Assembly (NCBI GenBank): GCA_020348925.1
Contig: CP070758.1
Location: 2,183,688 to 2,247,687 of the forward strand
DNA from: Gemmatimonadota bacterium
Lineage (GTDB): Bacteria; JBHIER01; G020348925
DNA: 64,000 nucleotides
Direction of reading: 5' to 3'
The notes beneath the pieces were generated by a model, which saw only the letters and a list, made by a program, of their open reading frames with translations, searched no databases and was not told the DNA's origin. Shown here in pieces: positions 17,525 to 28,732 of the stretch. Every line of letters starts with the position of its first letter. The first letter of the stretch is position 1. Made by a program: the position numbers and the translations under genes.

Positions 17525-20500
17525 CTACTTCATGAGCACCATGCTCTTGGTCGCCGACCATCGGCCGCGATCAACAGACAGCCGATAGAAATAGATTCCA
17601 CTGGAGACCTCGTTCCCCAGGCCGTCCCTGCCGTCCCATGTCACCGTGTAGTACCCCGGCTTCCTAAATTCATCCACCAGAGTCCGCACCTCCTGCCCCA
17701 AGACATTATAAATCTTCAGGGTCGTGTGGAGTGGGGATCCACCATCAACTATCTGATATCTAATATCTGTCGCAGGGTTGAAGGGATTGGGATAGTTCTG
17801 AGCGAGGGAGAACTCCTGAGGCACCTGGCCGCCCTCCACGTCCGAGGAGGTTTTCATCTCTTCGATTTGGAATGCTCTGCCGCTAACGTCGACCAGAATC
17901 AACTCGTCGAGCAAAACGTCACTGGATTCCGAAGATATGTCGTAGGGGACGGTAACCATCGGTTCGTCGCCTGGAGTCATGGCTCGACCATCGGTACTGT
18001 ATAAGACAAAGATCGTCCCGTCGTCCTTTCGATTCGAGGCTACGGTCATTCCTGGATTCCGGTGACTCCAGACGGGTTCTCCGACCGATACTCCATCTCC
18101 ATATTTGAGACGGAACTGGACACCGGCAATAGGCACGTCCGCCTGCACATACATCGCACACTCGCCTCGGGTGTCGCACGTCATCGGAGCAGTCCGAACC
18201 TCAACCCGGGCCGACGCCCGCCCCTCCGGTATGACCGCTTTGGGGTTGAGGATCCTGTTGACGATATTGATGGCGTCAATAATGTCCACCCCCCCGTCCT
18301 CATTGAAATCGGCCGCCCACTGCGCGTAGGCACTGGTCTCCACCCCCAGCACGACATTGACGGCACCAAGCACATCGATGATATCGATGTTGCCATCGCA
18401 ATTGACATCACCCCGCTCAACCTTGGACCAGATCATAATATCGTCGACCGTCCAGCCATCAGCCGTCCCGGCCTCATCGCTCACCACACGAAAGCGAATG
18501 CGGACCTCTTCATTGCCTGGGCCACAGAATCCCTCCAGGAGAGTGCACCGCTTCTTGACCGGATAACCGTCGAAGCCGGTAAAACTCTCCAAAGCCGTCC
18601 AGCTCTCACCGTCACTACTGGCCTCCACGTAACCGAAATCATTGCCATCCTCAAAGGAGTAAAAATGCCAGAATGTGAGGGCCGCTTCCGTACAGGAAGA
18701 GAGATCAAAGGCCTCCTGATACATCAGAGGGTTATCCTCATTGTCCTCGTAATCCCCTTGCGGGCTGTCGACAATGGATGTGGAGTTGTTGACACCGAAG
18801 CCACCCAGCCCCGACCCTGTTCCCAGATCCCATCCTCCAGTCCCGGTCTCAAAATCGCCCAAGACGAGATAGGGAATAAGTTCGAAAGCGAAGACGTCAG
18901 AAGTCGCCGTATTGTGGTTGCTGGACGCATCGACGACCTCAACATAGTAATTGACAATATCTCCGAATTGTCCGGACCATTCTAACGTCGCTCCGTATTC
19001 TTCGGGTATGCCTGTGCCCGTCATCAATACTCCAGTAAACGGCTCGTCATTGAGCTGATAATACAACGTCACCTCTCCAACCCCCAGATTGTCGGTCACT
19101 TTGGCGGTGACCTCTCTTTCCCCGGAGAGGAGATAGGTATCCGGCAACTGATCGACCCTCAAAATCTCAGGCGCAGTCACATCCGGTTGAACAGCGAAGG
19201 CATGGACCTTCGTGGGAGCTCCCAGAGGCGATTGCCATTCGTAATACGGATTTTCCGTGGTGACATAATATTGGATTGTGGTCTCGGTTCCGGGAGGAGG
19301 TATCGTCCCGGCGTACACTCCATCTCCCCGATGCGTCATGGTCACCGTGGAGAAGGACGGCGATGTTTCCTTCTTCCAGTAGAGCGTAACACCCGTGAGA
19401 TCGCTGATGTCACCGGTCACGGTCACCTCAACCGGATAGGAACTGCTCGGATCCTCACTATCTTTCAGCGGATCGTGCCAGATGAAGTTCACCCAGTTGA
19501 GGATCCTGGTCATCACTTCTGTCCTGACGGCCGATGGTTGTGACGGATCCAGTTCAGGCGTCGCATCAATAGCCTCAAAACCGAAACCGAAATATATGAC
19601 CCGGTGATCACCCTGGTATTTGATACCACCCTTGTGATGCAGGCCACCTGCATATTCAAAGACACCACTGGCCCCGGGGCCGGGCTCAATTTCGTCAGGG
19701 TACTGTTGATCAGCATCCCGACCAGGATGATAGATATCGAAACTGAGGCCGTCACCGATTTCGTCCCCGAGGATACCATCAACGCTCTGAATACCGCTGT
19801 TATCGGCATAATAGACGGCGTGCAAATAGTTTTCGTAGAAATCGACGAATCCGGAACGATCGCCCTCGTTGAAATCCCAGCCGACATCCTGGCCGGAGAT
19901 AAAGAGGTTTCCGCCGTTGTCCAAATAGTCCTCTACGGCGGCCATGTCTCCAACGTCCAGACTGGGGAAGGTCCACTCGCAGGCCCAGATGACGATGGGG
20001 ACATTGGAGAGAATAAACGGGGTCGGGCTTCCCAGGCTGGCGTGATCCCAGACCGCATACAACACGTTCAAGCCGTCCAGGATGTTGGTGTAGTACCCCT
20101 CAACGTTGTTCTCGCCATCGTCGTCATCGACCAGGAGAACGGGCATCTTGCCAAGAATAACCGCGAAAGTATCCGTACCGCTGATGCCACCATCAGCGAG
20201 AAACTGTAAGAAAAGCCTGGCCATGTGTGGCTCAGCATCCGGGGCTATGGAAAAGACCAAAGGATCCGAAGTCGCCTGAAAGGTGTCCGCAGGAAACGTT
20301 CCCACAAAGGAACTGCCATCGTCGATCGTCAGATCAGGATCGTCAGTGTCCAGAGAGACCTGAAAATTGGTCGCAGCCCCCAGCGAGTAATTTCGGTATT
20401 GGGCAGTGACGTTGATTGTCTCACCTCGCTCGAAAAGGCCGTCACCGTCACCGTTGACCGCATCGTCCGGTGTCACGTTAAAATTGAGAATCTTTGGCGG

Positions 20501-21955
20501 GACCTCCGTCAAGACCGTAGCAGTGACAGCATTGTACGCATTGACGCGCCCGCTGCCCAGAAGCCCCTCGAGACCGGGATTCTGCGCGTCGATATTGTCT
20601 GCCGTGAGAGCCACCTGTCTGACAATACGGTCGTTAGACCAGCCCGGATGCTGGGATTTCACCAGCCCGCACAGACCGGCCACGATGGGACAGGACATGG
20701 AGCTTCCGTTGGCGGAACCGTACGAGCCGCCAACGACAGGTATGGTCGTTAGCGTCTGCGTTCCGGGGGCACAGACGTCGATGGAAATACCGTACGTGGC
20801 TTCTCGCCTGTCCTGATTATTGATCCATCCCGCGCTGAGAACATTGACATAGCTGGAAGGATAGTGTAAAAGATCGGTATCGTCATTCCCCCCGGAGGCC
20901 ACGACAATACTGCCCAGGCCGTAAACATAATCGATCACATCCTGATTCGCCTGGGAATAACTGCCGAAGCCACCCCAACTGCAGCTGATGATATCCGCCC
21001 CATTTTCGGCCGCGTAAATGATTCCCTGATACCCGAAGGAGACGAAACGAGGACTGTCGTCGTAACTGCACTTGATGGCCATGACCCTGCAGTTCCACGA
21101 CACTCCGGCGACCCCTGTACCATTGTTCGTCACGGCGGCGGCCAGTCCGGAGGTTAAAGTACCGTGATCATAATAGCCCTGAGCATCCGGAGTGGGGTGT
21201 GTCGGATTGTTGTCCTCTTCAGCCAGGTCGTAGCCGATGAGATCGTACACATACGTCTCCGAATTGTTGTCCCAATCGTCATCGTCGACACCGTTGAGAT
21301 CGCCGGGGTCCAGGACCCAGCCGCCGTCCACCCACTCGAGAGTATGGCCGTCCCCGTCGGCATCCTCCCCCAAGTTCTGCCAGATGTTATCGAGCAGATC
21401 AGGATGCTCCCAATCAGGTCCGTTGTCAACTATGGCAATAACTATAGCATCGTCACCATGCTGGATGTCCCAGGCTTGGGCGGCCCGTATGCGGGTCATA
21501 AACGTCTGCTGACCGAACATCGGATCATCCGGTGTTTCTTCAATGACCGGCACGGAGATGGGCTCGGCGTACTCGACGTTCGGATCCTGCGCAAATGCAC
21601 GCGCCACCGATTCCGGATCAAGGTGCGGTGGAAACGAAAGAGAATAGATCCGAGACAGATCCGGCAGACCGGAGCCGTCAGGGATGGGCCTGTGTTGAAA
21701 CCGTTTTCTCACTTCCTGGACGGAGAACCGGTCCATCTTTTCGTCGAAAGAGCTCATTCCAGTGACGGTGAAACGCTCCGTCCCTTTGGCTACCACATGA
21801 GGTTTCAACTTCACGACCACCTTCCCGGGCTCGAGTGTGGCCGACGCTGGGCCCGACAGTGTATGGGACTTTGTATATTGACTTCCCACCCCCGGTATTG
21901 AAATACTTAGAATGAAAAAGCTGAAAATCATAGTACCGGCTATTATACGTCTCAT
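17525..21955 (-). CDS. Very large (1476 aa) secreted subtilisin-like serine protease (peptidase S8) with a T9SS type-A C-terminal sorting domain
   Basis: Signal peptide. S8 catalytic motifs: IAIVDNGPDWEHPDL (Asp), DHGTLTSG (His), GSSMSCPIVAG (Ser). The C-terminus is ...LAQNYPNPFNPATDIRYQI...KIYNVLGQEVRTL...WDGRD...SGIYFYRL...KSMVLMK. Confidence 0.85.
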   Translation of the reverse strand: MRRIIAGTMIFSFFILSISIPGVGSQYTKSHTLSGPASATLEPGKVVVKLKPHVVAKGTERFTVTGMSSFDEKMDRFSVQEVRKRFQHRPIPDGSGLPDLSRIYSLSFPPHLDPESVARAFAQDPNVEYAEPISVPVIEETPDDPMFGQQTFMTRIRAAQAWDIQHGDDAIVIAIVDNGPDWEHPDLLDNIWQNLGEDADGDGHTLEWVDGGWVLDPGDLNGVDDDDWDNNSETYVYDLIGYDLAEEDNNPTHPTPDAQGYYDHGTLTSGLAAAVTNNGTGVAGVSWNCRVMAIKCSYDDSPRFVSFGYQGIIYAAENGADIISCSWGGFGSYSQANQDVIDYVYGLGSIVVASGGNDDTDLLHYPSSYVNVLSAGWINNQDRREATYGISIDVCAPGTQTLTTIPVVGGSYGSANGSSMSCPIVAGLCGLVKSQHPGWSNDRIVRQVALTADNIDAQNPGLEGLLGSGRVNAYNAVTATVLTEVPPKILNFNVTPDDAVNGDGDGLFERGETINVTAQYRNYSLGAATNFQVSLDTDDPDLTIDDGSSFVGTFPADTFQATSDPLVFSIAPDAEPHMARLFLQFLADGGISGTDTFAVILGKMPVLLVDDDDGENNVEGYYTNILDGLNVLYAVWDHASLGSPTPFILSNVPIVIWACEWTFPSLDVGDMAAVEDYLDNGGNLFISGQDVGWDFNEGDRSGFVDFYENYLHAVYYADNSGIQSVDGILGDEIGDGLSFDIYHPGRDADQQYPDEIEPGPGASGVFEYAGGLHHKGGIKYQGDHRVIYFGFGFEAIDATPELDPSQPSAVRTEVMTRILNWVNFIWHDPLKDSEDPSSSYPVEVTVTGDISDLTGVTLYWKKETSPSFSTVTMTHRGDGVYAGTIPPPGTETTIQYYVTTENPYYEWQSPLGAPTKVHAFAVQPDVTAPEILRVDQLPDTYLLSGEREVTAKVTDNLGVGEVTLYYQLNDEPFTGVLMTGTGIPEEYGATLEWSGQFGDIVNYYVEVVDASSNHNTATSDVFAFELIPYLVLGDFETGTGGWDLGTGSGLGGFGVNNSTSIVDSPQGDYEDNEDNPLMYQEAFDLSSCTEAALTFWHFYSFEDGNDFGYVEASSDGESWTALESFTGFDGYPVKKRCTLLEGFCGPGNEEVRIRFRVVSDEAGTADGWTVDDIMIWSKVERGDVNCDGNIDIIDVLGAVNVVLGVETSAYAQWAADFNEDGGVDIIDAINIVNRILNPKAVIPEGRASARVEVRTAPMTCDTRGECAMYVQADVPIAGVQFRLKYGDGVSVGEPVWSHRNPGMTVASNRKDDGTIFVLYSTDGRAMTPGDEPMVTVPYDISSESSDVLLDELILVDVSGRAFQIEEMKTSSDVEGGQVPQEFSLAQNYPNPFNPATDIRYQIVDGGSPLHTTLKIYNVLGQEVRTLVDEFRKPGYYTVTWDGRDGLGNEVSSGIYFYRLSVDRGRWSATKSMVLMK

Positions 21956-22427
21956 TATACTCTTCTCCTTAAAATTCCCTCGATTTTAATGTCAGTGACA
22001 TGACATTCGGATTGACCGCGTGTCGCAGTCGGTTTCGTAATCCTCCCCCTAAACCGTCACACATGCTTCCCCTTTCACCCAACCCTCAATACTTCCATTG
22101 AACTGCAAAGGTTTCACGTTTCTATGGTGGCTCCCTCCTTTTTATGATTTTTTTAATTTGGTTGGTTTATCAGCATCATCGTCAGCATCTTCCCCGGCGT
22201 CGTCTTAATATATATCCTTTGAGCCATATGAAACAACCGCAACACAATCATAGGTATTGAATGATATACAATGACAGGACAATAATCCTTGACTTAAATC
22301 AAAACACTGAAAATGAGCCATACGGGTGACGTGTCCGGGTTGACTGCACCATAATGAGAAAAAAGCCACTGAGTCCTCTGGACCCAGTGGCTTTCCTCAT
22401 ATTCTGACCTTTCGATCAGAAGGTCGG

Positions 22428-24674
22428 CTATTTCATCAGAATCATCCGTTTCGTACTCGTGAAGGTGCTGGTTTCGAGACGATAGAAATAAACACCACTG
22501 GCCACATCCAGTCCGGCATCATCTCTACCATTCCAAAGAACGCTGTAGGTTCCAGCGACATGCTCACCGGCCTTCAGAGTCCGAACCTTCTGACCCAATA
22601 CGTTGTACACGGCCAACTCGACAAAGCCATCCTCGGCCAATTGATAGTCGATCCTGGTCTCCGGGTTGAAGGGATTGGGATAGTTCTGAGCCAAGTGATG
22701 ACTCTGCGGAATGGCGGCATCACCACGGGCGGGGTTCACACCAGTGCTTGTTTCGAACCACTCGAAGACCTTCTCGATCGTCTGCGTCAATCCCGCTCTC
22801 GGTAAGAGATCACCGTTCTCCAGAGAGTCAAAAGCAAAGAAGTCGGCCCACGGGAGAAAACACGTCTTGTATCCGCCCCCGTCCTTGCGCACACCGGCTC
22901 CAAAGCCCGTGCCCACAGCGGGATCAGGGTCATACTGAAATATCTGCTCGGCACCTTCCGTTATAGCGACGATCCAGTCCGGCCACAGGTCAAGCGCCGG
23001 GTCAGTCGGATCCCAGGCATCGGGCAGAAAGTTCACACGAATACCCTCGAAATCCCCCATTCCCACGGCCACACTGTCGTATCCACCGTCGTCGGCACCG
23101 TGGTTATCGCTGATGGCATGGGCGACACCGAAGTAGTCGTACATGAACTCACCCACATCATGCTCCTCGTCCCAGTCGCAGTCATACTCCTGGTCGTGTA
23201 TACAGTAATAGTCCTGGTCGATGTACAGCAGGTTATGGGGGTTCTCGCTCGTTCCTGCATCGAGCCAATCGACAAAGGGGTTACCGGCATAGCTCCCACC
23301 GCCGGGTAGGGTGTTCCCACAGCCCCACCCCGAGATGTAGATGGTGCTCCAGCCGTAGTTGAGGACGCTGGCATCGATGCCCTGCATCTCAGCGTTGTTC
23401 CACAATTCGTACTCGTACTGCGTCCCCAGACTGGCCATCAGATCGACGAAGAACGTATCAAGGTCCGGTGTCGATTCATAATCCCAAACGAGGAGAACAT
23501 CCGCACCGGGATGCTCTGGGGCAGTCCGAGCGAAGGTGATCCTGCTTGAGGCTCCCACGAGGCCGGGAGTATCCGTCGCCTCGAGCCAATACGAGACCAC
23601 ATCTCCAGGATTCAGGGCAGGGATCGTGGCCATGAAGGTGTCCGCTTCGCCCTCTTCCATCGGCAGCTCGTTGACGGTTCCGTTGAGATCGTACTTAAGT
23701 GTTGCCGAAACCACCCCGGCCCGAGTCGGATCCTCGGCATCCAGATCCTCAATGACCGCTTTGATGGGAAAAGGCCCTGCACCGTACGTATAGTTCTGCG
23801 CTTGAATATACGGATACGTGGGCGGAGTGTTTTCGTAGTATACGATCACGGCGTCGTACCACATGAAGTACTGCCGGATGAACCATCCATCGTGAGGACC
23901 GGGTCCTTCGCCCGCTGAGTAGAACTTGAAGAAGTTAAAGGGTGTTGTCCAGTCGTACTGGGAGTAGAAACCCCATCCAGCCGTCTGGTAGTAAACCATG
24001 CCAATGTAAAAGGGGTCACGGCCCAAATCGATCTCGCCCTGCAAACCATATGCGGCGGGAATCTCAATCCACACATCAGCATGATCCCTGGTCACGGTGA
24101 ACGGAAACGGTCCCCAGTAATGGTCGAGGTCGTCATCAACAGGATTGGTGATATCATCAAGAGCACTCAATCCGAGCGGGGAGTGACCAACAATATCACC
24201 CGGAATCCACCCGTTGGGATCCGTGATCGGCTCAAAAGTACCCCACCATCCACTGGCATCCGTGCTATCCGTGGAGTAGATGAGAGGATCGTAGTTTCTG
24301 GCATCCCAGATATCAACGAGCAAATTCCCCTCCCAGTTGATGGGTCGGAAACGAATGGCCAGCAGGCTGCAAGCGGCCGCCGGTTTCAGGTAAACAAGTG
24401 ATGAGTCGCCGGGATTGAGGAACCCGAAGTTCACCAGTGTCGAGGCACCCGGATTCCGCCACGTCAAGGTGTCGATGATACCCGTGGTTCCCAAAACCCC
24501 CGGTGTCCTGTGGGGTGTAGGCAGAGGTTTTTTCTGGTGTATGGATTTGAATGCTTTCACATCGTTGTCCTGCCCAGGCCTCAGAATGGCAATCTCACCC
24601 GCATACGCAGCCACCGTCAGACCGAAGAAAATTGCACACAGTAAAAGAAAAGCAGGTAATCTTCTCATCATCAT
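22428..24674 (-). CDS. Secreted protein (748 aa) of unknown function with a T9SS type-A C-terminal sorting domain
   Basis: Signal peptide MMMRRLPAFLLLCAIFFGLTVAAYAG. The C-terminus is ...LAQNYPNPFNPETRIDYQL...VYNVLGQKVRTL...WNGRDDAG...SGVYFYRL...KRMILMK. Confidence 0.8.
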   Translation of the reverse strand: MMMRRLPAFLLLCAIFFGLTVAAYAGEIAILRPGQDNDVKAFKSIHQKKPLPTPHRTPGVLGTTGIIDTLTWRNPGASTLVNFGFLNPGDSSLVYLKPAAACSLLAIRFRPINWEGNLLVDIWDARNYDPLIYSTDSTDASGWWGTFEPITDPNGWIPGDIVGHSPLGLSALDDITNPVDDDLDHYWGPFPFTVTRDHADVWIEIPAAYGLQGEIDLGRDPFYIGMVYYQTAGWGFYSQYDWTTPFNFFKFYSAGEGPGPHDGWFIRQYFMWYDAVIVYYENTPPTYPYIQAQNYTYGAGPFPIKAVIEDLDAEDPTRAGVVSATLKYDLNGTVNELPMEEGEADTFMATIPALNPGDVVSYWLEATDTPGLVGASSRITFARTAPEHPGADVLLVWDYESTPDLDTFFVDLMASLGTQYEYELWNNAEMQGIDASVLNYGWSTIYISGWGCGNTLPGGGSYAGNPFVDWLDAGTSENPHNLLYIDQDYYCIHDQEYDCDWDEEHDVGEFMYDYFGVAHAISDNHGADDGGYDSVAVGMGDFEGIRVNFLPDAWDPTDPALDLWPDWIVAITEGAEQIFQYDPDPAVGTGFGAGVRKDGGGYKTCFLPWADFFAFDSLENGDLLPRAGLTQTIEKVFEWFETSTGVNPARGDAAIPQSHHLAQNYPNPFNPETRIDYQLAEDGFVELAVYNVLGQKVRTLKAGEHVAGTYSVLWNGRDDAGLDVASGVYFYRLETSTFTSTKRMILMK

Positions 24675-24875
24675 TCTCCCTCATTAGTTTTTCATCTCAA
24701 TAAAATTTCACGTCGTGCTGAAACAAAGACTTTAGAATTTTCGGAAACGTCGCCTCACCTCCTTTCAATGAAAAGAAAACCTCACACACCAGCTGTAGGA
24801 ACAAAAAATCATCACCCCCTTTCTCAAATTGAAACAGATTTGTGCTACCCTCCTTCATGAACCATTGGTTTTCTC

Positions 24876-26027
24876 TCAGAAGAGTTCGTTAATCTTTTCC
24901 ATTAAGTTCAATACAAAGTAACCGAAATCATCGAAATATTTGTATTCTACGACGATCTCGTAATCGACCTCGCTAAAGAATTTCGTTCCTTTGACGAAGA
25001 TCCTGTTTCCGTCCTTCACCTGATCGACCGTCAGTGGGGTATGTGCCGCTGTCGTGGCGAACGTATACGTATCACCCAGACTAAAATCCGGTCTGCCGTC
25101 ACGAATCGTGAACGTCACCTTGCCACCATCAAACCTGCCCGTTTTGATATCATATATCCCCAACAGACCTGTTTCAGAACCCACCACACTAAATTTCCCG
25201 CCACTCTCCTCTGTTGTATCACAGGTGACCGTCCAGTACTCGGTCAGGGTTTCCTCGTCCGAAACCCCGATCTCCGAAATACTGCCTCCGCCGATGTTGC
25301 CGGTTTTTGAGGCGGGAACCGAAGCCACCGCAGCCGCGGACTCCACAGACAGGACTTCATTCACCCCCGTGTGCCGCATCTCTAAGATGGCCCATGTCGA
25401 ATCCGTTGACACCTCAGGCGACTCAACCGTCTCCGTGGCATCCTGCGTGCTGAACTGAGTTGACCAGTCATGGTTGGGAACCAGTTCGTCGACCTTTTCC
25501 ATGGCCTCTATATATCTTTTACTCTTAAAGGAAACTTGAGCAATCAAGACATGCAAGTCGTAGAATGTGATGGTCGAGTCGCCATAAAATTTCCAATCGG
25601 GGTCGAAATGAAGAGTCGAATCGGCCGCGTAGATGACGGCCAGGCTGTCATTTCCAGAGGCCGCATAATTTGTAGCCGTCCCGGCATTGACATGGAGTTT
25701 CCACAGAGACCAATCAGGTCGTGATCGGGTAAAGATGAAATTGTTCAAGGCCTTGTCGAAGGTCCCTGCCAATGTATAAGCCCAGCCTAATCCCACATAC
25801 GCTTCGGTGATCGTGGCATCTCGGTTCAGCACCTGCCTGAATTTGGTAATGGAGGAACTGAAATCCCCCCCTCGATAATCATCCCAGGCTTCTTTCATCA
25901 GAGAATTCGAAGTCGTTATCTTCGTCGGAATGTCATCACTCTCATGGGAGCACCCCCCTATCAGAATCATTGCTCCCACGCACAACATCAACCCAAAGCG
26001 TAAAAGATCCGCTCTTTTCGTCATCAT
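24876..26027 (-). CDS. Lipoprotein with a TPR-like region, function unknown (likely start MMTKRADLL...)
   Basis: Lipobox ILIGGC. A TPR-like helix pair (EAYVGLGWAYTLAGTFDKALNNF). Confidence 0.55.
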   Translation of the reverse strand: MMTKRADLLRFGLMLCVGAMILIGGCSHESDDIPTKITTSNSLMKEAWDDYRGGDFSSSITKFRQVLNRDATITEAYVGLGWAYTLAGTFDKALNNFIFTRSRPDWSLWKLHVNAGTATNYAASGNDSLAVIYAADSTLHFDPDWKFYGDSTITFYDLHVLIAQVSFKSKRYIEAMEKVDELVPNHDWSTQFSTQDATETVESPEVSTDSTWAILEMRHTGVNEVLSVESAAAVASVPASKTGNIGGGSISEIGVSDEETLTEYWTVTCDTTEESGGKFSVVGSETGLLGIYDIKTGRFDGGKVTFTIRDGRPDFSLGDTYTFATTAAHTPLTVDQVKDGNRIFVKGTKFFSEVDYEIVVEYKYFDDFGYFVLNLMEKINELF

Positions 26028-26083
26028 AGCCCGCTCCTTCGAAAGATTGAAAATGATACGATTTCTTGTCGCATACATTCGAT

Positions 26084-28732
26084 CTATTTTAGTAGAACCA
26101 TTCTCTTCGTTCGTTCAAATTGGCCGGTGTGAAGCCGGTAAAAATAGACGCCGCTGGAGACTTCGTTGCCCTCTTCATCTCTTCCGTCCCAGGTGACCGT
26201 GTAGTATCCCGGGGTCTTGGGTCCATCCACCAGCGTGCGGACCTCGTGACCCAAAATATTGTAGACCTTCAAGGTGGTCTTGACAGAGGATCTGATATTA
26301 GATATCTGATATCTGATATCCGTGCTCGGGTTGAACGGGTTGGGATAATTCTGCATGAGCGCATACGTCATCGGCAGCTCCGCTCCGGCGCTGACGCGCC
26401 CCACCTGAATCTGATACTGCCCGAGTCGATCAATCTCCACCGAAATCGTATTGCGAACTCGATCCACTGTGCCTCCAAGACACACCCACTCCGAACCTTC
26501 CAAGCGCCGGATGTCCAATTCCGATTCAGAAGCATCACTCAGTGCTTCCTCGTCGTACTTCAACGTCAACACGGCCTCCCGGTAAAGTCTCCGGCCGGCA
26601 GGTCCGAACTGGTATGCACGTCCCACCTCCTGACCGGACTCGCTTTTCGCGGATATCATCCCTATGCCATTGAAGAAACTCGCTTTGGCATGACTCACGA
26701 TACCTGGGGCGAGAGACGCTACCGGGAACAGGGTGACGTACGTTTGACGCGCAAAAGCTCCGGCCGGCAGCACCAGGCTGGCTGCTCCGTCCGAACTTGT
26801 CAGCGCTGCGCCTGTGCTTGTGTTCGCAATTTTTACCGAACCGCTGATCTCATCCGGGGGAGCCACGTTTCCCGCAATATCCCAACCGCCGGCCAAAATC
26901 TCGTACGTGCCCTCCCCTGAAAGCACCTGCTCCACGTGATATATGATCGTATTCTTCCACCATGTCGAGCCGTCCCCCAGAATCAGAGCATACTTCTCTA
27001 TATCCATCAGAGTGTCGATTTCACCCCCGACGGAGATGACCAACTCAGGACGCTGATCCTGATTATCGACGACATACAGCGACTCGTTGGACGCGACGTA
27101 AATATCAAGATACCTGTCCGCTAAAGGATTTTGCAGTACCCCGATGTGAAGCGGTTCGGGATCGGTCTCGTCATTATCTATGACGATCTGGGTCCTCGTA
27201 TTACTTCCGTCCTTGGCTTCCTTGTGAATGACGGTCAGGAACAACGTCGAATAGTCCTTGCCGCGTCCGTAGCCGGAGGCGTCGAAGACGGTCCGATTCC
27301 GATCATCCAAGGTTAAAAATTCGAGCGTCAAGGAATCGTACAGCACGGGATCCGGCGCAAAAGACATCAAATACATGGAATTCGTCTTTACGGCGATGAC
27401 CCGGAAATTGTGCTCGAGGCCTCCGTTGAAAACAATATTGGGGTTGTAACAGTCGCGGTTCTCGTTGCCGAGACAGGGAGCAGGCGGAATAATCGTTATG
27501 AAATCGGCCGACCATTGATTTCCCGGGTACTTGTAGGGCGCATTGTCCAGGGTCCCCCAATAGGTGAACGTCTTCCCATCCAGCAATGCCCCGGAGTTAT
27601 AATACTTGAACGAGTACTTCCCGTCGTAAAAGTCCTTCTGGGGCCAATCCATGAACCAGGCCAACTGCTCATCGATAAAGAGGCTGTCGAAGTCCACTTG
27701 ACCTTTTCCGTTTGCCGCCAGAGCGGCAGTCACTGCCTCAGTTCCAGCGTTCCTTGTGTCAGTGGCTATCGTTTGAATGACCTCGATCCCGTAGTGTTCG
27801 AAAATGTACTGGAAGAACATGGTTGTCTTGGCCTGATCCTGCACCTCAGGCTGCTCCCGACAATCCAAATTCGTGAGATGAGATTGGTAATAGAAGGTAA
27901 GTGGCATTCTCGAAAAAACATTCGGGTTGGCCAGTCCGTAACCGCATATGAACTGTGAAAAATACGTCAACCCTTCGTGTATCCAGCACTCCTCATCAGG
28001 ATCGTTGCCGTATTGCAGGAGATGCGTAAACTGCTGGGCCACACTCGCCAGACCATCGACAGAAGGATCAAAGGGATAACAATCGATGTAGATCACTTCG
28101 CGGTAATTGCTGAATTCGTTATCGACGGGAGTCAACTGATTGGCCGGATCGAAGTAGCCGATCATGGCCGCGGCACCGATGGCCTCCGTACAGTCTATTA
28201 AAAGGATATAAATTAGTGAATCGCCATCGACATCCGGAGGTTTCCCATAAACGCTCGTCAGTTTTTCGTAGATACCGGCCGTGCTGCTCAGAATGCCCTC
28301 GACCGTATCGTCGGCCGCCGGTGACGTCGTATCGAAGGCCGCAATAATGGCATGCACATCCTCCATGTCGATTCGTATCGAGTCGGGATTTACGATGACG
28401 TCGGTCGCCACGAAGGTCGTATCGATAACGTAGGTTGTATCGATACTGATATCGGTTGTATCGATAGTCATATCGACCGTATCGAGATCCGCTATCTCCA
28501 GAAATCGACCCTTGTCCCATTGAGAGTTCTGAGTCCATACATAGCAGTGTTCCCCGATTCCTCGCAGGGTCATAGGGGTCTTGTAATAATTGGTGAAGAA
28601 GTGGAAGTCATAGAAGTAAAAACTGGTCGTATCGCGCACGCTCCACTTCTGGGCCACTCCTATGTCGCATATTCCCAAGACTAAAGCTGCCACCACGACA
28701 GCCGCCAGAAGTACCTGTATCCTTCGCATCAT
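26084..28732 (-). CDS. Secreted protein (882 aa) with a T9SS type-A C-terminal sorting domain; possibly a hydrolase
   Basis: Signal peptide. The C-terminus is ...LMQNYPNPFNPSTDIRYQI...KVYNILGHEVRTL...WDGRDEEGNEV...SGVYFYRL...KRMVLLK. Confidence 0.8.
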   Translation of the reverse strand: MMRRIQVLLAAVVVAALVLGICDIGVAQKWSVRDTTSFYFYDFHFFTNYYKTPMTLRGIGEHCYVWTQNSQWDKGRFLEIADLDTVDMTIDTTDISIDTTYVIDTTFVATDVIVNPDSIRIDMEDVHAIIAAFDTTSPAADDTVEGILSSTAGIYEKLTSVYGKPPDVDGDSLIYILLIDCTEAIGAAAMIGYFDPANQLTPVDNEFSNYREVIYIDCYPFDPSVDGLASVAQQFTHLLQYGNDPDEECWIHEGLTYFSQFICGYGLANPNVFSRMPLTFYYQSHLTNLDCREQPEVQDQAKTTMFFQYIFEHYGIEVIQTIATDTRNAGTEAVTAALAANGKGQVDFDSLFIDEQLAWFMDWPQKDFYDGKYSFKYYNSGALLDGKTFTYWGTLDNAPYKYPGNQWSADFITIIPPAPCLGNENRDCYNPNIVFNGGLEHNFRVIAVKTNSMYLMSFAPDPVLYDSLTLEFLTLDDRNRTVFDASGYGRGKDYSTLFLTVIHKEAKDGSNTRTQIVIDNDETDPEPLHIGVLQNPLADRYLDIYVASNESLYVVDNQDQRPELVISVGGEIDTLMDIEKYALILGDGSTWWKNTIIYHVEQVLSGEGTYEILAGGWDIAGNVAPPDEISGSVKIANTSTGAALTSSDGAASLVLPAGAFARQTYVTLFPVASLAPGIVSHAKASFFNGIGMISAKSESGQEVGRAYQFGPAGRRLYREAVLTLKYDEEALSDASESELDIRRLEGSEWVCLGGTVDRVRNTISVEIDRLGQYQIQVGRVSAGAELPMTYALMQNYPNPFNPSTDIRYQISNIRSSVKTTLKVYNILGHEVRTLVDGPKTPGYYTVTWDGRDEEGNEVSSGVYFYRLHTGQFERTKRMVLLK

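Noticed and set aside
18062-18985. 307-aa plus-strand ORF (and the many 60-250-aa ORFs on both strands between 17.5 and 35.8 kb)
   Set aside because: They are all nested within the very long minus-strand cargo/TBDR genes and are alternative-frame artefacts of GC-rich coding sequence.
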